A DNA stretch of 64,000 bases from Escherichia coli (GTDB taxonomy: Bacteria; Pseudomonadota; Gammaproteobacteria; Enterobacterales; Enterobacteriaceae): assembly GCF_029227855.1 (NCBI RefSeq), contig NZ_CP074356.1; one strand, written 5' to 3'. Shown here piece after piece: positions 27,475-37,582 of this stretch. The notes beneath the pieces are model-generated. The model saw only the letters and a program-made list of their open reading frames with translations. It did no database searches and was not told the origin of the DNA. The position numbers and the translations under genes are program-made. Position 1 is the first letter of the stretch; each line of letters begins with the position of its first letter.

Positions 27475-27652
27475 AGACCGCAGACTGATTGGCGAAAATC
27501 ACTCCCATTAAGCAATTAATCGATTAATTATTTTTTCATCCTATTAATAATTTGCCCCTTTCACTCCCCCTCTATTTAATACCTCACCTTGTGTCACTGC
27601 CGGATTTGCGTGCACAAAATCGCCCATACCATTACAGCAGAGAAAGTAAGCC

Positions 27653-28504
27653 ATGCTGAAGTACAGTAAAACGCCAGGCATCTTTAAATTAGAAGGTAAT
27701 CGGCTCGGACGCCCCTACCATCGCCTGCCGACCCTGTTTACGGGGAATTTTGACGTGATTGATTCGCATCTGGGCAGCTACTTTCTCAAAAAGCATCGCA
27801 GCAATATCACCTTAAAAAAGATTGGCTGCGAAATGGATATTATTAATAAAAACGCCGAACTGATGGTTTCCCAGGTCGGGCATCTGGCGTTTGATATTGA
27901 TCGCTCCTTGCTGTTAATGCTGCTGGGCAATTTTTATGGTCTGGAGTCGTCTCTTGAAGAGGCGAAAGCCCATAACGGGTTGCCGACCAAAACCGAAACG
28001 CGTTTAAAAAACCGTCTGGCGCTGGATATCTGCACGCTGATATTTAATCTGCAAACCTCCGGTATTGCGCTGAAATTAAAACTGGACAGCAGCACGGTGA
28101 TTACCCACTGGGCGTATCAATTAACCTTTACCCTTGCGGACGATGAAGAGAGCAGTTTTCGTATTTTGCTCGACGACGCCCACACCGATTTTATTTTGAA
28201 TCTGATCCGCCACAGCGAGCACAGTAAACCGCAGCAGGTGGCGAAATCCGTTAATAAACCGGCCCTGATTAAAGAAATCATCCGCTCCCTGCCGCTGACC
28301 CTGAACGTCAAAATCGCCGAACTGTCGCTGAATGTCGCGGATCTCACGCAGATAAAAGCCGGGGATATTTTACCCATCTCGCTGGGAGAAACGTTCCCGG
28401 TGGCGATTGGGCAATCTGAATTATTTAGCGCCCTGATTGTGGAAGACAAAGACAAACTGTTTTTGTCGGAGCTGGCGGGCAAAAATGAGAATAGCCATGA
28501 GTAA
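27653..28504 (+). CDS. lfiM: flagellar switch protein FliM-like (Flag-2 LfiM), 283 aa
   Basis: ORF track; precedes fliN with an 8-bp overlap; C-terminal SpoA-like segment; shorter than E. coli FliM. Confidence 0.65.
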   Translation: MLKYSKTPGIFKLEGNRLGRPYHRLPTLFTGNFDVIDSHLGSYFLKKHRSNITLKKIGCEMDIINKNAELMVSQVGHLAFDIDRSLLLMLLGNFYGLESSLEEAKAHNGLPTKTETRLKNRLALDICTLIFNLQTSGIALKLKLDSSTVITHWAYQLTFTLADDEESSFRILLDDAHTDFILNLIRHSEHSKPQQVAKSVNKPALIKEIIRSLPLTLNVKIAELSLNVADLTQIKAGDILPISLGETFPVAIGQSELFSALIVEDKDKLFLSELAGKNENSHE

Positions 28505-28868
28505 GCAAGAAGATATTTTAGCCGGGGATTTTGGCCTCACCGATGAAGTTGCGCCTGTCGCGAAATCCGCCGACGCTGAAACGCTGGTCACCCGCCTGGA
28601 AGACCGCTTTTCCGACTCGATGACGCTGTTGAAACGCATTCCGGTGACCTTAACGCTGGAAGTGTCGTCGGTGGAAATTATGTTAGCCGACCTGCTAAAC
28701 ATCGACGACGACACGGTGATTGAGCTGGATAAACTCGCCGGGGAGCCGCTGGATATTAAAGTGAACAATATCCTGCTGGGCAAAGCAGAAGTGGTGGTGG
28801 TCAACGAGAAGTACGGCCTGCGCGTGCTGGAGTTTAACACCCGCGATATCAACGACCTGGCACCATGA
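28497..28868 (+). CDS. lfiN: flagellar switch protein FliN (Flag-2 LfiN), 123 aa
   Basis: ORF track (28437-28868); start set at ATG 28497 (MSKQEDILAG...); SpoA domain ...VELDKLAGEPLDIKVNNILLGKAEVVVVNEKYGLRV. Confidence 0.8.
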   Translation: MSKQEDILAGDFGLTDEVAPVAKSADAETLVTRLEDRFSDSMTLLKRIPVTLTLEVSSVEIMLADLLNIDDDTVIELDKLAGEPLDIKVNNILLGKAEVVVVNEKYGLRVLEFNTRDINDLAP

Positions 28869-29617
28869 AACGCCGCACTCAACTGACGCTCGGCCTTGGG
28901 CTGCTGGCGCTTGCGCCGCTGGCGTTAGCCCAGGGTGGCGATATTGCGCTGCTTAACGTGGTCACCCACGGCAACACTCAGGAGTACAGCGTCAAAATCC
29001 AGGTGCTGATTCTGATGACCCTCGTCGGTTTGCTGCCGACGATGGTGCTGATGATGACCTGCTTTACGCGCTTTATTATCGTGCTGTCGCTGCTGCGCCA
29101 GGCGCTGGGGCTGCAACAAACGCCGCCAAACCGCATTCTGATTGGTATTGCGCTCTCCCTCACCATGCTGGTGATGCGCCCTATTTGGCTCAATATTTAC
29201 GACCACGCGGTGGTGCCGTTTGAAAACGATCAGATTACCCTAACCGATGCGTTAAACACCGCCGCGACGCCGCTGAAACGCTTTATGCTGGCGCAGACCG
29301 ACAAAAAAGCGATGGCGCAAATCATGACCATCGGCGGCGCGAAGGGCAATGCCGCCGACCAGGATCTCACGATTGTGGTGCCTGCCTATGTGTTGAGCGA
29401 ACTGAAAACCGCTTTCCAGATTGGCTTTATGATTTACATCCCGTTTCTGGTTATCGACCTGATTGTCGCCAGCGTACTGATGGCGATGGGGATGATGATG
29501 CTGTCGCCGCTGATTGTTTCGCTGCCCTTTAAACTGATGCTGTTTGTGCTGATCGACGGCTGGTCGCTGACCATCGGCACGCTCACCACCAGCATTCGCG
29601 GGCTGGGGCTGGGCTGA
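28865..29617 (+). CDS. lfiP: export apparatus protein FliP (Flag-2 LfiP)
   Basis: ORF track, 250 aa; signal peptide plus conserved FliP transmembrane regions. Confidence 0.9.
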   Translation: MKRRTQLTLGLGLLALAPLALAQGGDIALLNVVTHGNTQEYSVKIQVLILMTLVGLLPTMVLMMTCFTRFIIVLSLLRQALGLQQTPPNRILIGIALSLTMLVMRPIWLNIYDHAVVPFENDQITLTDALNTAATPLKRFMLAQTDKKAMAQIMTIGGAKGNAADQDLTIVVPAYVLSELKTAFQIGFMIYIPFLVIDLIVASVLMAMGMMMLSPLIVSLPFKLMLFVLIDGWSLTIGTLTTSIRGLGLG

Positions 29618-29619
29618 TT

Positions 29620-29892
29620 ATGTTGACCGTAGACGTAGCCGCCGACATTGTCGCCAGCGGCATTAAAGTAGTGATTTTGCTGGTTTCGGTACTGGTAGTG
29701 CCAAGCTTGCTGGTTGGCCTGCTGGTGAGCGTGTTCCAGGCGGTGACGCAGATTAACGAACAGACCCTGAGTTTTTTGCCGAGGCTGATTGTCACGCTGG
29801 TGGTGCTGGGCGTGTGCGGTAAATGGATGATTATCCAGTTGCATGATCTGTGCATTCATCTGTTTACCCAGGCCGCCCTGCTGGTGCATTAA
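29620..29892 (+). CDS. lfiQ: export apparatus protein FliQ (Flag-2 LfiQ)
   Basis: ORF track, 90 aa, two TM helices; between fliP and fliR. Confidence 0.85.
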   Translation: MLTVDVAADIVASGIKVVILLVSVLVVPSLLVGLLVSVFQAVTQINEQTLSFLPRLIVTLVVLGVCGKWMIIQLHDLCIHLFTQAALLVH

Positions 29893-29893
29893 G

Positions 29894-30676
29894 ATGCGCA
29901 CAAGCGACGTTACGCAACTGATGGATCTGGCGCTGGGGCTGTGGTTTCCCTTCGTGCGCATTATGGCGTTTCTGCGCTATGTGCCGGTGCTGGATAACAG
30001 CGCCCTGACCGTGCGCGTGCGGATTATTTTGTCGCTGGCGCTGGCAATCATCATCACGCCGTTGATCCCCCATCCCATTCCCCACGATCTGCTTTCACTC
30101 AACAGCCTGATCCTGACGGTGGAGCAAATTTTATGGGGCATGTTGTTCGGGCTGATGTTTCAGTTTCTGTTTCTCGCGCTACAACTGGCCGGACAAATTC
30201 TCTCGTTCAATATGGGGATGAGCATGGCGGTGATGAACGACCCGAGCAGCGGCGCATCGACCACCGTGCTGGCGGAGTTAATCAACGTCTATGCGATCCT
30301 GCTGTTTTTTGCCATGGACGGGCATCTGCTGCTGGTAAGCGTGCTGTATAAGGGCTTCACCTACTGGCCGATTGGTAACGCGCTGCATCCGCAAACCCTG
30401 CGCACCATCGCGCTGGCCTTTAGCTGGGTGCTGGCGTCCGCATCACTGCTGGCGCTGCCGACCACCTTCATCATGCTGATTGTGCAGGGCTGCTTTGGCC
30501 TGCTCAACCGCATCGCGCCGCCGCTGAACCTCTTTTCGCTCGGCTTTCCCATCAACATGCTGGCGGGGCTGGTTTGCTTTGCCACCCTGCTCTACAACCT
30601 GCCGGATCACTATCTGCATCTGGCGAATTTTGTGTTGCAGCAACTCGACGCGCTGAAAGGTCACTATGGCGGATAG
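29894..30676 (+). CDS. lfiR: export apparatus protein FliR (Flag-2 LfiR)
   Basis: ORF track (29843-30676); start at ATG 29894 immediately after the fliQ stop; polytopic membrane protein. Confidence 0.85.
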   Translation: MRTSDVTQLMDLALGLWFPFVRIMAFLRYVPVLDNSALTVRVRIILSLALAIIITPLIPHPIPHDLLSLNSLILTVEQILWGMLFGLMFQFLFLALQLAGQILSFNMGMSMAVMNDPSSGASTTVLAELINVYAILLFFAMDGHLLLVSVLYKGFTYWPIGNALHPQTLRTIALAFSWVLASASLLALPTTFIMLIVQGCFGLLNRIAPPLNLFSLGFPINMLAGLVCFATLLYNLPDHYLHLANFVLQQLDALKGHYGG

Positions 30677-31805
30677 CAGCAGCGAAGAAAAAACAGAGAA
30701 ACCCTCGGCGCAAAAGCTGCGTAAAGCGCGTGAAGAGGGGCAACTGCCGCGCTCGAAGGATATGGGGCTGGCAGCGAGCCTGTTTGCAGCGTTTGTGGTG
30801 ATCTCCAGCAGTTTTCCGTGGTATGCCGATTTTGTGCGCGAGAGTTTTATCAGCGTGCATCAGTACGCGCAGGAGATTAATAACCCGCAGGTGATCGGTC
30901 AGTTTCTGCGCCACCACCTGTTAATTCTCGGCAAGTTTATCCTTACGTTGCTGCCGATGCCCGCCGCCGCGCTGCTCTCTTCGCTGGTGCCGGGCGGCTG
31001 GCTGTTTCTGCCGAAAAAAATCCTCCCGGATTTCAGCAAAATTAGCCCGTTAAAAGGCATTGGGCGTCTGTTTTCCAGTGAACATCTGGCGGAAACGGGA
31101 AAGATGACGGTGAAGTCTGCCGTGGTGCTGGTGATGCTGTGGGTAAGCCTGCGCAATAACTTTGCCGCCTTTCTCGGCCTGCAGGCGCTGCCGTTCAAAC
31201 TGGCGATGAATGACGGTTTGTCGCTCTACGCCAGCGTGATGCGCAACTTTGTCATCCTGTTTATTTTCTTTGCGCTTCTCGACGTGCCGCTGGCGAAAGC
31301 CCTGTTCACCAAAGGGCTGAAGATGACCAAACAAGAACTGAAAGAAGAGTACAAAAATCAGGAAGGCAAGCCGGAAGTGAAGGCGCGCGTGCGGCGGCTG
31401 CAACGGCAGCTGGCGATGGGGCAAATTCGCAAAGTGGTGCCAAAGGCCAACGTGGTGATCACCAACCCGACCCACTACGCCGTGGCGTTGCAGTATGACC
31501 AGTCGCGTGCCGCCGCGCCGTTTGTGGTGGCGAAAGGCACCGATGAAATCGCCCTCTATATTCGCCAGGTCGCTGCTGAAAGTCAGGTGGAAGTGGTCGA
31601 GTTCCCGCGGCTGGCGCGCTCGGTTTACTATACCACTCAGGTGAATCAGCAAATTCCTTTTCAGCTTTACCGGGCTATCGCCCACGTTCTGACCTACGTC
31701 CTGCAAATGAAACACTGGCGCGAGGGCGCACAGCCGCGCCCGGCCCTGAACAGACATATTTCCATTCCCAAAGAGGTGCTTAAACTGGATGGCGAAAACA
31801 ACTAA
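30666..31805 (+). CDS. lfhB: export apparatus protein FlhB (Flag-2 LfhB)
   Basis: ORF track, 379 aa; conserved NPTH autocleavage motif (…VVITNPTHYAVAL…). Confidence 0.9.
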   Translation: MADSSSEEKTEKPSAQKLRKAREEGQLPRSKDMGLAASLFAAFVVISSSFPWYADFVRESFISVHQYAQEINNPQVIGQFLRHHLLILGKFILTLLPMPAAALLSSLVPGGWLFLPKKILPDFSKISPLKGIGRLFSSEHLAETGKMTVKSAVVLVMLWVSLRNNFAAFLGLQALPFKLAMNDGLSLYASVMRNFVILFIFFALLDVPLAKALFTKGLKMTKQELKEEYKNQEGKPEVKARVRRLQRQLAMGQIRKVVPKANVVITNPTHYAVALQYDQSRAAAPFVVAKGTDEIALYIRQVAAESQVEVVEFPRLARSVYYTTQVNQQIPFQLYRAIAHVLTYVLQMKHWREGAQPRPALNRHISIPKEVLKLDGENN

Positions 31806-33882
31806 ATCGTTCCTCGCGCTGCTGCGCGGCGGCAATCTCGGCGTGCCGCTGGTCATTCTATGCATTCTGGCAATGGTTATTCTGCCGCTGCCGCCTGCGC
31901 TGCTGGATATTCTGTTCACCTTCAACATTGTGCTGGCGGTGATGGTGCTGCTGGTGGCGGTGTCAGCGAAAAGGCCGCTGGAATTCAGCCTGTTCCCGAC
32001 CATTTTGCTGATCACCACCTTAATGCGCCTGACGCTCAACGTTGCTTCTACGCGCGTGGTGTTGCTGCACGGGCATCTCGGCGCGGGCGCGGCGGGTAAG
32101 GTGATTGAGTCATTTGGTCAGGTGGTGATTGGCGGCAACTTTGTCGTCGGCTTCGTGGTGTTTATCATCCTGATGATCATCAACTTTATCGTCGTCACCA
32201 AAGGGGCCGAGCGTATTTCCGAGGTTTCTGCCCGCTTTACCTTAGACGCGATGCCTGGCAAACAGATGGCGATTGACGCCGATCTTAACGCCGGGTTGAT
32301 CAACCAGGCGCAGGCGCAAACCCGGCGCAAAGATGTTGCCAGCGAGGCCGATTTCTACGGCGCGATGGACGGGGCATCGAAGTTTGTGCGCGGGGATGCC
32401 ATCGCCGGGATGATGATTCTGGCGATCAACCTGATCGGCGGCGTCTGTATCGGGATCTTCAAATACAACCTGAGCGCCGACGCCGCCTTCCAGCAGTATG
32501 TACTGATGACCATCGGCGACGGGCTGGTGGCGCAGATCCCTTCTCTGCTGCTCTCCACCGCAGCGGCGATTATCGTCACCCGCGTCAGCGACAACGGCGA
32601 TATCGCCCATGATGTGCGCCACCAGCTGCTGGCAAGCCCGTCGGTGCTCTACACCGCCACCGGGATCATGTTTGTGCTGGCGGTTGTGCCGGGGATGCCG
32701 CATCTGCCGTTTTTGCTGTTCAGCGCCCTGCTTGGTTTTACCGGCTGGCGGATGAGCAAACGCCCGCAGGTGGCGGAGGCGGAAGAGAAAAGCCTCGAAA
32801 CACTGACCCGAACCATCACCGAAACCAGCGAGCAACAGGTCAGTTGGGAAACTATTCCGCTGATCGAGCCCATCAGCTTAAGCCTCGGCTACAAGCTGGT
32901 GGCGCTGGTGGACAAAGCACAGGGTAACCCGCTCACCCAGCGGATTCGCGGCGTGCGGCAGGTGATTTCTGACGGCAACGGCGTGCTGCTGCCGGAGATC
33001 CGCATTCGGGAAAACTTCCGCCTCAAGCCCAGCCAGTACGCCATTTTCATCAATGGCATTAAGGCTGATGAAGCGGATATTCCGGCGGATAAACTGATGG
33101 CCCTGCCCTCCAGCGAAACCTACGGCGAGATTGACGGCGTGCTGGGGAACGACCCGGCGTACGGGATGCCGGTGACCTGGATCCAGCCCGCGCAGAAAGC
33201 GAAGGCGCTGAATATGGGGTATCAGGTGATCGACAGCGCCAGCGTGATTGCCACCCATGTGAACAAGATTGTCCGCAGCTATATTCCTGATTTGTTTAAC
33301 TATGATGACATCACGCAGTTGCATAACCGTTTGTCGTCGATGGCACCGCGCCTGGCGGAAGATTTGAGCGCGGCGCTCAATTACAGCCAATTGCTGAAAG
33401 TGTACCGGGCGCTGCTGACCGAAGGCGTTTCCCTGCGCGATATTGTCACCATCGCCACCGTGCTGGTCGCCAGTAGTGCGGTGACCAAAGATCATATTCT
33501 GCTGGCGGCAGATGTGCGCCTGGCGCTGAGGCGCAGCATTACCCATCCGTTCGTTCGCAAGCAGGAGCTGACGGTGTATACGCTGAATAATGAGCTGGAA
33601 AATCTGCTGACCAACGTAGTGAATCAAGCGCAACAGGCCGGCAAAGTGATGCTCGACAGTGTGCCGGTGGACCCGAATATGCTTAACCAGTTCCAGAGCA
33701 CGATGCCGCAGGTAAAAGAGCAGATGAAAGCGGCGGGGAAAGACCCGGTGCTGCTGGTGCCGCCGCAACTGCATCCATTGCTGGCGCGCTATGCAAGGTT
33801 GTTTGCGCCGGGGCTGCATGTGCTGTCGTATAACGAAGTGCCGGATGAGCTGGAGTTGAAGATTATGGGGGCGCTGAGTTGA
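31789..33882 (+). CDS. lfhA: export apparatus protein FlhA (Flag-2 LfhA), full length
   Basis: ORF track, 697 aa; FlhA family N-terminal TM region and cytoplasmic domain. Confidence 0.9.
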   Translation: MAKTTKSFLALLRGGNLGVPLVILCILAMVILPLPPALLDILFTFNIVLAVMVLLVAVSAKRPLEFSLFPTILLITTLMRLTLNVASTRVVLLHGHLGAGAAGKVIESFGQVVIGGNFVVGFVVFIILMIINFIVVTKGAERISEVSARFTLDAMPGKQMAIDADLNAGLINQAQAQTRRKDVASEADFYGAMDGASKFVRGDAIAGMMILAINLIGGVCIGIFKYNLSADAAFQQYVLMTIGDGLVAQIPSLLLSTAAAIIVTRVSDNGDIAHDVRHQLLASPSVLYTATGIMFVLAVVPGMPHLPFLLFSALLGFTGWRMSKRPQVAEAEEKSLETLTRTITETSEQQVSWETIPLIEPISLSLGYKLVALVDKAQGNPLTQRIRGVRQVISDGNGVLLPEIRIRENFRLKPSQYAIFINGIKADEADIPADKLMALPSSETYGEIDGVLGNDPAYGMPVTWIQPAQKAKALNMGYQVIDSASVIATHVNKIVRSYIPDLFNYDDITQLHNRLSSMAPRLAEDLSAALNYSQLLKVYRALLTEGVSLRDIVTIATVLVASSAVTKDHILLAADVRLALRRSITHPFVRKQELTVYTLNNELENLLTNVVNQAQQAGKVMLDSVPVDPNMLNQFQSTMPQVKEQMKAAGKDPVLLVPPQLHPLLARYARLFAPGLHVLSYNEVPDELELKIMGALS

Positions 33883-33918
33883 TGCCTTTTAAGAAACACA
33901 ATACGATGACATCAATTT

Positions 33919-34314
33919 ATGACGTCAGGGATTGATAAGATGATGAAAACGCGTTTATTAATATCTCAAGCATCGAACATTATCACCATTAAAGGTCAAC
34001 CAGCCGCAGTGACATTTGAAGCCGATATCAACGCATTTCGCGGCAAATTTCTCAATGTAAATGGTTATTGCGACTTTGTAGCGACAAGCATTGAGGCGTT
34101 ATACCGGGAAGGTGAAAGTGCGCTGGATGAGTGGATGGCGGATTGTGAAGAGGACGGCATTGCCCCTTTTCGTGAAGAAGAGCAAAAACGCCTGACGCTT
34201 CGTGTTCCTCATCACATCGATTCACGACTGACCATTGTCGCCAGACAACATTCCATTTCAAAAAATCAGCTCATTGTTGATGTATTAGAACGTGAGTTTT
34301 CATCCCAGATGTAA
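33919..34314 (+). CDS. HicB-like/ribbon-helix-helix small protein (orphan antitoxin-like), 131 aa
   Basis: ORF track; C-terminal ...RLTLRVPHHIDSRLTIVARQHSISKNQLIVDVLERE resembles RHH (CopG/Arc) DNA-binding motifs fused to a HicB-like fold; no HicA-like partner seen nearby. Confidence 0.45.
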   Translation: MTSGIDKMMKTRLLISQASNIITIKGQPAAVTFEADINAFRGKFLNVNGYCDFVATSIEALYREGESALDEWMADCEEDGIAPFREEEQKRLTLRVPHHIDSRLTIVARQHSISKNQLIVDVLEREFSSQM

Positions 34315-34319
34315 ACAGG

Positions 34320-34348
34320 TCGGATGCCGTGTGGCATCCGATTTTTTT
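34320..34348 (+). terminator. Rho-independent terminator
   Basis: Hairpin tcggatgcc-gtgt-ggcatccga followed by ttttttt directly after the 131-aa ORF stop. Confidence 0.8.
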
Positions 34349-34370
34349 CCTGATCGTCAGTATTCTCCGT

Positions 34371-35129
34371 TTACAAAATCGTCTCTTCCGTCAAAATCCT
34401 GCGCGCGCCTAAAAAATGATCCTGCCAGAAAGGCTCAGCTAACCGACTTACCCGAATGGTTTCCCCCGTGCGCGGCGACTCGATAAACTGACCGTCTCCC
34501 AGATACACGCCCATATGATCGGCTATCTCGCGGCTGTGGATATGGAAAAACAGCAAATCTCCCCGGCGCAGGTCGTTGTTCGCCACAATCGTTGCCCGAT
34601 GGTAGTGATACATCTCATTAGCCGTACGCGGGAGCTTCGCCTCGAGGATCTTGTTGTAGGCATAAAAAACCAACCCGCTACAGTCGAAGCCTTGATCAGG
34701 CCGCGTGCCGCCCCAGACGTAAGGTTTGCCAAGCTGCTGCTCCAGGCGGTGAATCGCCACTTCGGTGATGTTGTGTAGATGGTCGCTGCTTAAGAAATGG
34801 TTGTTCTCCGCCAGCGCCTGCCAGCGTCTGTCACTCGCCTTGAGCGGCGCAGGAAACCATTCTGGATGCTGTTTTATCTGTTCGCGGTTGTGCTGGCGCA
34901 GCGCCTTTCTGCTTTCGGCATTGCCTTCCACAATGTAGCTGGCCTGCTTTTTCAGATGGGTTTGGTACTGTTTTAATAAACGCGCCCGGTTTTGCATCCG
35001 CTGGCGGGCGGCGTAGCTGAAAGAGATATGTGATGTGGTGGCGCTGGCGAGTAAAGGGAGCAAAACGCATAACGAAAACACGCCTGGATGCAGAAATCTG
35101 CCGTGAAAGAACGAAGACATGAAGGACAT
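34371..35129 (-). CDS. yafL: NlpC/P60-family peptidase YafL
   Basis: ORF track, 252 aa; signal peptide; NlpC/P60 catalytic region with Cys motif ...GFDCSGLVFYAY... Confidence 0.8.
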   Translation of the reverse strand: MSFMSSFFHGRFLHPGVFSLCVLLPLLASATTSHISFSYAARQRMQNRARLLKQYQTHLKKQASYIVEGNAESRKALRQHNREQIKQHPEWFPAPLKASDRRWQALAENNHFLSSDHLHNITEVAIHRLEQQLGKPYVWGGTRPDQGFDCSGLVFYAYNKILEAKLPRTANEMYHYHRATIVANNDLRRGDLLFFHIHSREIADHMGVYLGDGQFIESPRTGETIRVSRLAEPFWQDHFLGARRILTEETIL

Positions 35130-35420
35130 AAACTAGCTGAATGAAGGAGAGAATTTTAAAAGGTTGGGGGAGTAAACGGGATTATTAATTGCTTATTTGC
35201 ATATTAGTTACGAGGTTTCATAATCTTAGGAAATAAGTGATACATGCGCTTTTCGGACTAATGAAAACTGCCCCTGTGCTAAATTTGTAAACCCTGCGCC
35301 GACAGGCTTGCGTAAAACTCTTTTGGTGATAATGTGAGCCTTCCAAATCCAGACTATTCCGATTTGGGATCCATTTTGCCGTCCTGGCGTGTGTAACCGT
35401 TTTATCAAGGAATAAGCAGT

Positions 35421-36161
35421 ATGCGTAAAATCGCATTAATTCTTGCGATGTTGTTGATCCCGTGCGTTTCGTTTGCCGGTTTGCTGGGCAGCAGTAGCTC
35501 AACCACGCCAGTGAGCAAAGAGTATAAGCAGCAGTTGATGGGATCCCCTGTCTACATCCAGATCTTCAAGGAAGAACGTACGCTCGATCTCTACGTCAAA
35601 ATGGGCGAGCAATATCAGCTGCTCGACAGTTATAAAATCTGTAAATATTCCGGCGGCTTAGGGCCAAAACAGCGTCAGGGCGATTTCAAAAGCCCGGAAG
35701 GGTTTTATAGCGTCCAGCGTAATCAGTTAAAACCAGACAGCCGTTACTACAAAGCAATTAATATTGGATTCCCCAATGCCTATGACCGTGCGCATGGTTA
35801 TGAAGGGAAATACCTGATGATCCACGGCGATTGTGTTTCCATCGGCTGCTACGCGATGACCAATCAGGGTATTGATGAGATCTTCCAGTTCGTTACTGGT
35901 GCGCTGGTTTTTGGTCAGCCGAGCGTGCAAGTGAGTATTTACCCGTTCCGCATGACCGACGCCAATATGAAGCGCCATAAATATTCCAACTTTAAGGACT
36001 TCTGGGAGCAGCTGAAGCCAGGTTACGACTACTTTGAGCAAACCCGTAAGCCACCGACCGTTTCTGTGGTCAATGGTCGTTACGTGGTCAGCAAGCCGTT
36101 AAGCCACGAAGTTGTGCAGCCACAGCTGGCATCAAACTACACGCTCCCCGAGGCAAAATAA
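35421..36161 (+). CDS. yafK: L,D-transpeptidase-family periplasmic protein YafK
   Basis: ORF track, 246 aa, [20 protein letters not shown]...; YkuD-like catalytic region (…[14 protein letters not shown]…). Confidence 0.9.
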   Translation: MRKIALILAMLLIPCVSFAGLLGSSSSTTPVSKEYKQQLMGSPVYIQIFKEERTLDLYVKMGEQYQLLDSYKICKYSGGLGPKQRQGDFKSPEGFYSVQRNQLKPDSRYYKAINIGFPNAYDRAHGYEGKYLMIHGDCVSIGCYAMTNQGIDEIFQFVTGALVFGQPSVQVSIYPFRMTDANMKRHKYSNFKDFWEQLKPGYDYFEQTRKPPTVSVVNGRYVVSKPLSHEVVQPQLASNYTLPEAK

Positions 36162-36899
36162 GCGCCATTCGCCTGGCATAATCTTTTGCCAGGTTTCATT
36201 GCCCGTCAGCGGCTGTGTTGCAATCACCGTGACCACATCATTCGGTGTGGTCTGCGAGCTGAAGTCGATTTCCACATCCTGATCCAGCAACGTTGCCACG
36301 CCAAACGGCGCACGACGGGTGATCCAGTGTAAATTAGTCGAGCAATACGCCATTACATAGCGCCCGTCAGAAAGCAGCATGTTGAAAACGCCCTTCTGCC
36401 GCAGTTCATCCGCCAGTGAGGCGATATATTTAAACACTGCCGCCATGTTGCCCGGTGTGCGCGGGTAACGCTGCGTTAATTTATGCAGGAGCCAGCAGAA
36501 GGCTTTTTCGCTGTCGGTTTCACCGACCGGGCGGAAGTTGCCGGTTTCCAGTGATTTATAGCCCGTCAGTTGCCCATTATGGGCATAAGTCCAGTTACGC
36601 CCCCATAACTCGCGGGTAAACGGGTGAGTATTTTCCAGCGCCACCTCGCCCCGATTCGCCTGGCGAATATGAGCCACCACCGAACAGGATTTTATCGGGT
36701 AGTCCTGGACAAGTTTGGCGATGGGGGAATTAAAGCTGGGTTGCGGATCTTTAAATGTGCGACAGCCTTTACCTTCGTAAAAGGTAATGCCCCAGCCATC
36801 TTTATGTGGCCCGGTTCCACCACCACGCTGTACAAGTCCGGTGAAACTAAAGCAGATATCGGTAGGGACGTTGGCGCTCATCCCGAGCAATTCGCACAT
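36132..36899 (-). CDS. yafJ: class II glutamine amidotransferase YafJ
   Basis: ORF track (36132-36914); start set at MCELLGM (N-terminal Cys nucleophile after Met); 3' end overlaps yafK convergently. Confidence 0.85.
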   Translation of the reverse strand: MCELLGMSANVPTDICFSFTGLVQRGGGTGPHKDGWGITFYEGKGCRTFKDPQPSFNSPIAKLVQDYPIKSCSVVAHIRQANRGEVALENTHPFTRELWGRNWTYAHNGQLTGYKSLETGNFRPVGETDSEKAFCWLLHKLTQRYPRTPGNMAAVFKYIASLADELRQKGVFNMLLSDGRYVMAYCSTNLHWITRRAPFGVATLLDQDVEIDFSSQTTPNDVVTVIATQPLTGNETWQKIMPGEWRLFCLGERVV

Positions 36900-36960
36900 G
36901 GGTAACCTCCACAACAGCGGGAGCGCATGGCCCCCGGCGAAGATTGATTTAAGTATTTTC

Positions 36961-36997
36961 AGGTCGGATGCGGCGTAAACGCATTATTCGGCCTACG
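36961..36997. repeat. REP-like element
   Basis: aggtcggatgcggcgtaaacgcattattcggcctacg, close to the REP consensus; in the yafJ-gmhA intergenic region. Confidence 0.6.
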
Positions 36998-37003
36998 CCA
37001 GAC

Positions 37004-37582
37004 TTACTTAACCATCTCTTTTTCAATTAACTGGATCAGGATATGGATAACTTTAATGTGGATCTCCTGAATGCGGTCGGCATAACCAAAGTGCGGTACG
37101 CGAATTTCGATATCCGCTGTGCCAGCCATTTTACCGCCGTCTTTACCGGTCAGGGTGATCACTTTCATCCCCTTCTCACGCGCCGCCGCGATCGCTTTGA
37201 TCACGTTTGCAGAGTTACCGGAGGTGGAGATCCCCAGCAGTACATCGCCTTCGCGACCTACCGCTTCAACGTAACGGGAGAAAATATCATTGAAACCAAA
37301 ATCGTTACCGACGCAGGAAATATGACTAACGTCAGAAATGGCAATCGCCGGGTAGCCCGGACGGTTTTCACGGTAGCGACCGGTCAACTCTTCGGCAAAG
37401 TGCATAGCGTCGCAATGGGAGCCGCCGTTGCCACAGGAAAGCACCTTGCCACCGGCTTTAAAGCTGTCTGCTAACAGGACCGCCGCGCGCTGAATGGCGT
37501 GAATATTGGCGTCATCTTTTAAAAAGTTAGCCAGCGTTTCCGCCGCTTCGTTCAGTTCGTTACGAATAAGATCCTGGTACAT
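37004..37582 (-). CDS. gmhA: phosphoheptose isomerase GmhA
   Basis: ORF track (37004-37744); start set at [17 protein letters not shown]... (192 aa), SIS domain; the upstream in-frame extension is not real. Confidence 0.9.

Noticed and set aside
27490-27615. Sigma54 promoter upstream of fliM
   Set aside because: Candidate GG/GC elements (near 27490 and 27606) have the wrong spacing; no consensus match found.
31050-33819. Long minus-strand ORFs (329, 197 and 313 aa) across flhB and flhA
   Set aside because: Antisense to conserved export-apparatus genes; composition (runs of R, H, Q, G) is not protein-like; standard GC-rich antisense artefacts.
35218-35502. 94-aa and 60-aa minus-strand ORFs in the yafL-yafK intergenic region
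   Set aside because: They overlap the yafK start, have no recognisable features or ribosome-binding site, and sit where promoter elements are expected.
36172-36193. Hairpin after the yafK stop as a terminator
   Set aside because: It lies inside the 3' coding region of the convergent yafJ gene, so a terminator call is ambiguous.
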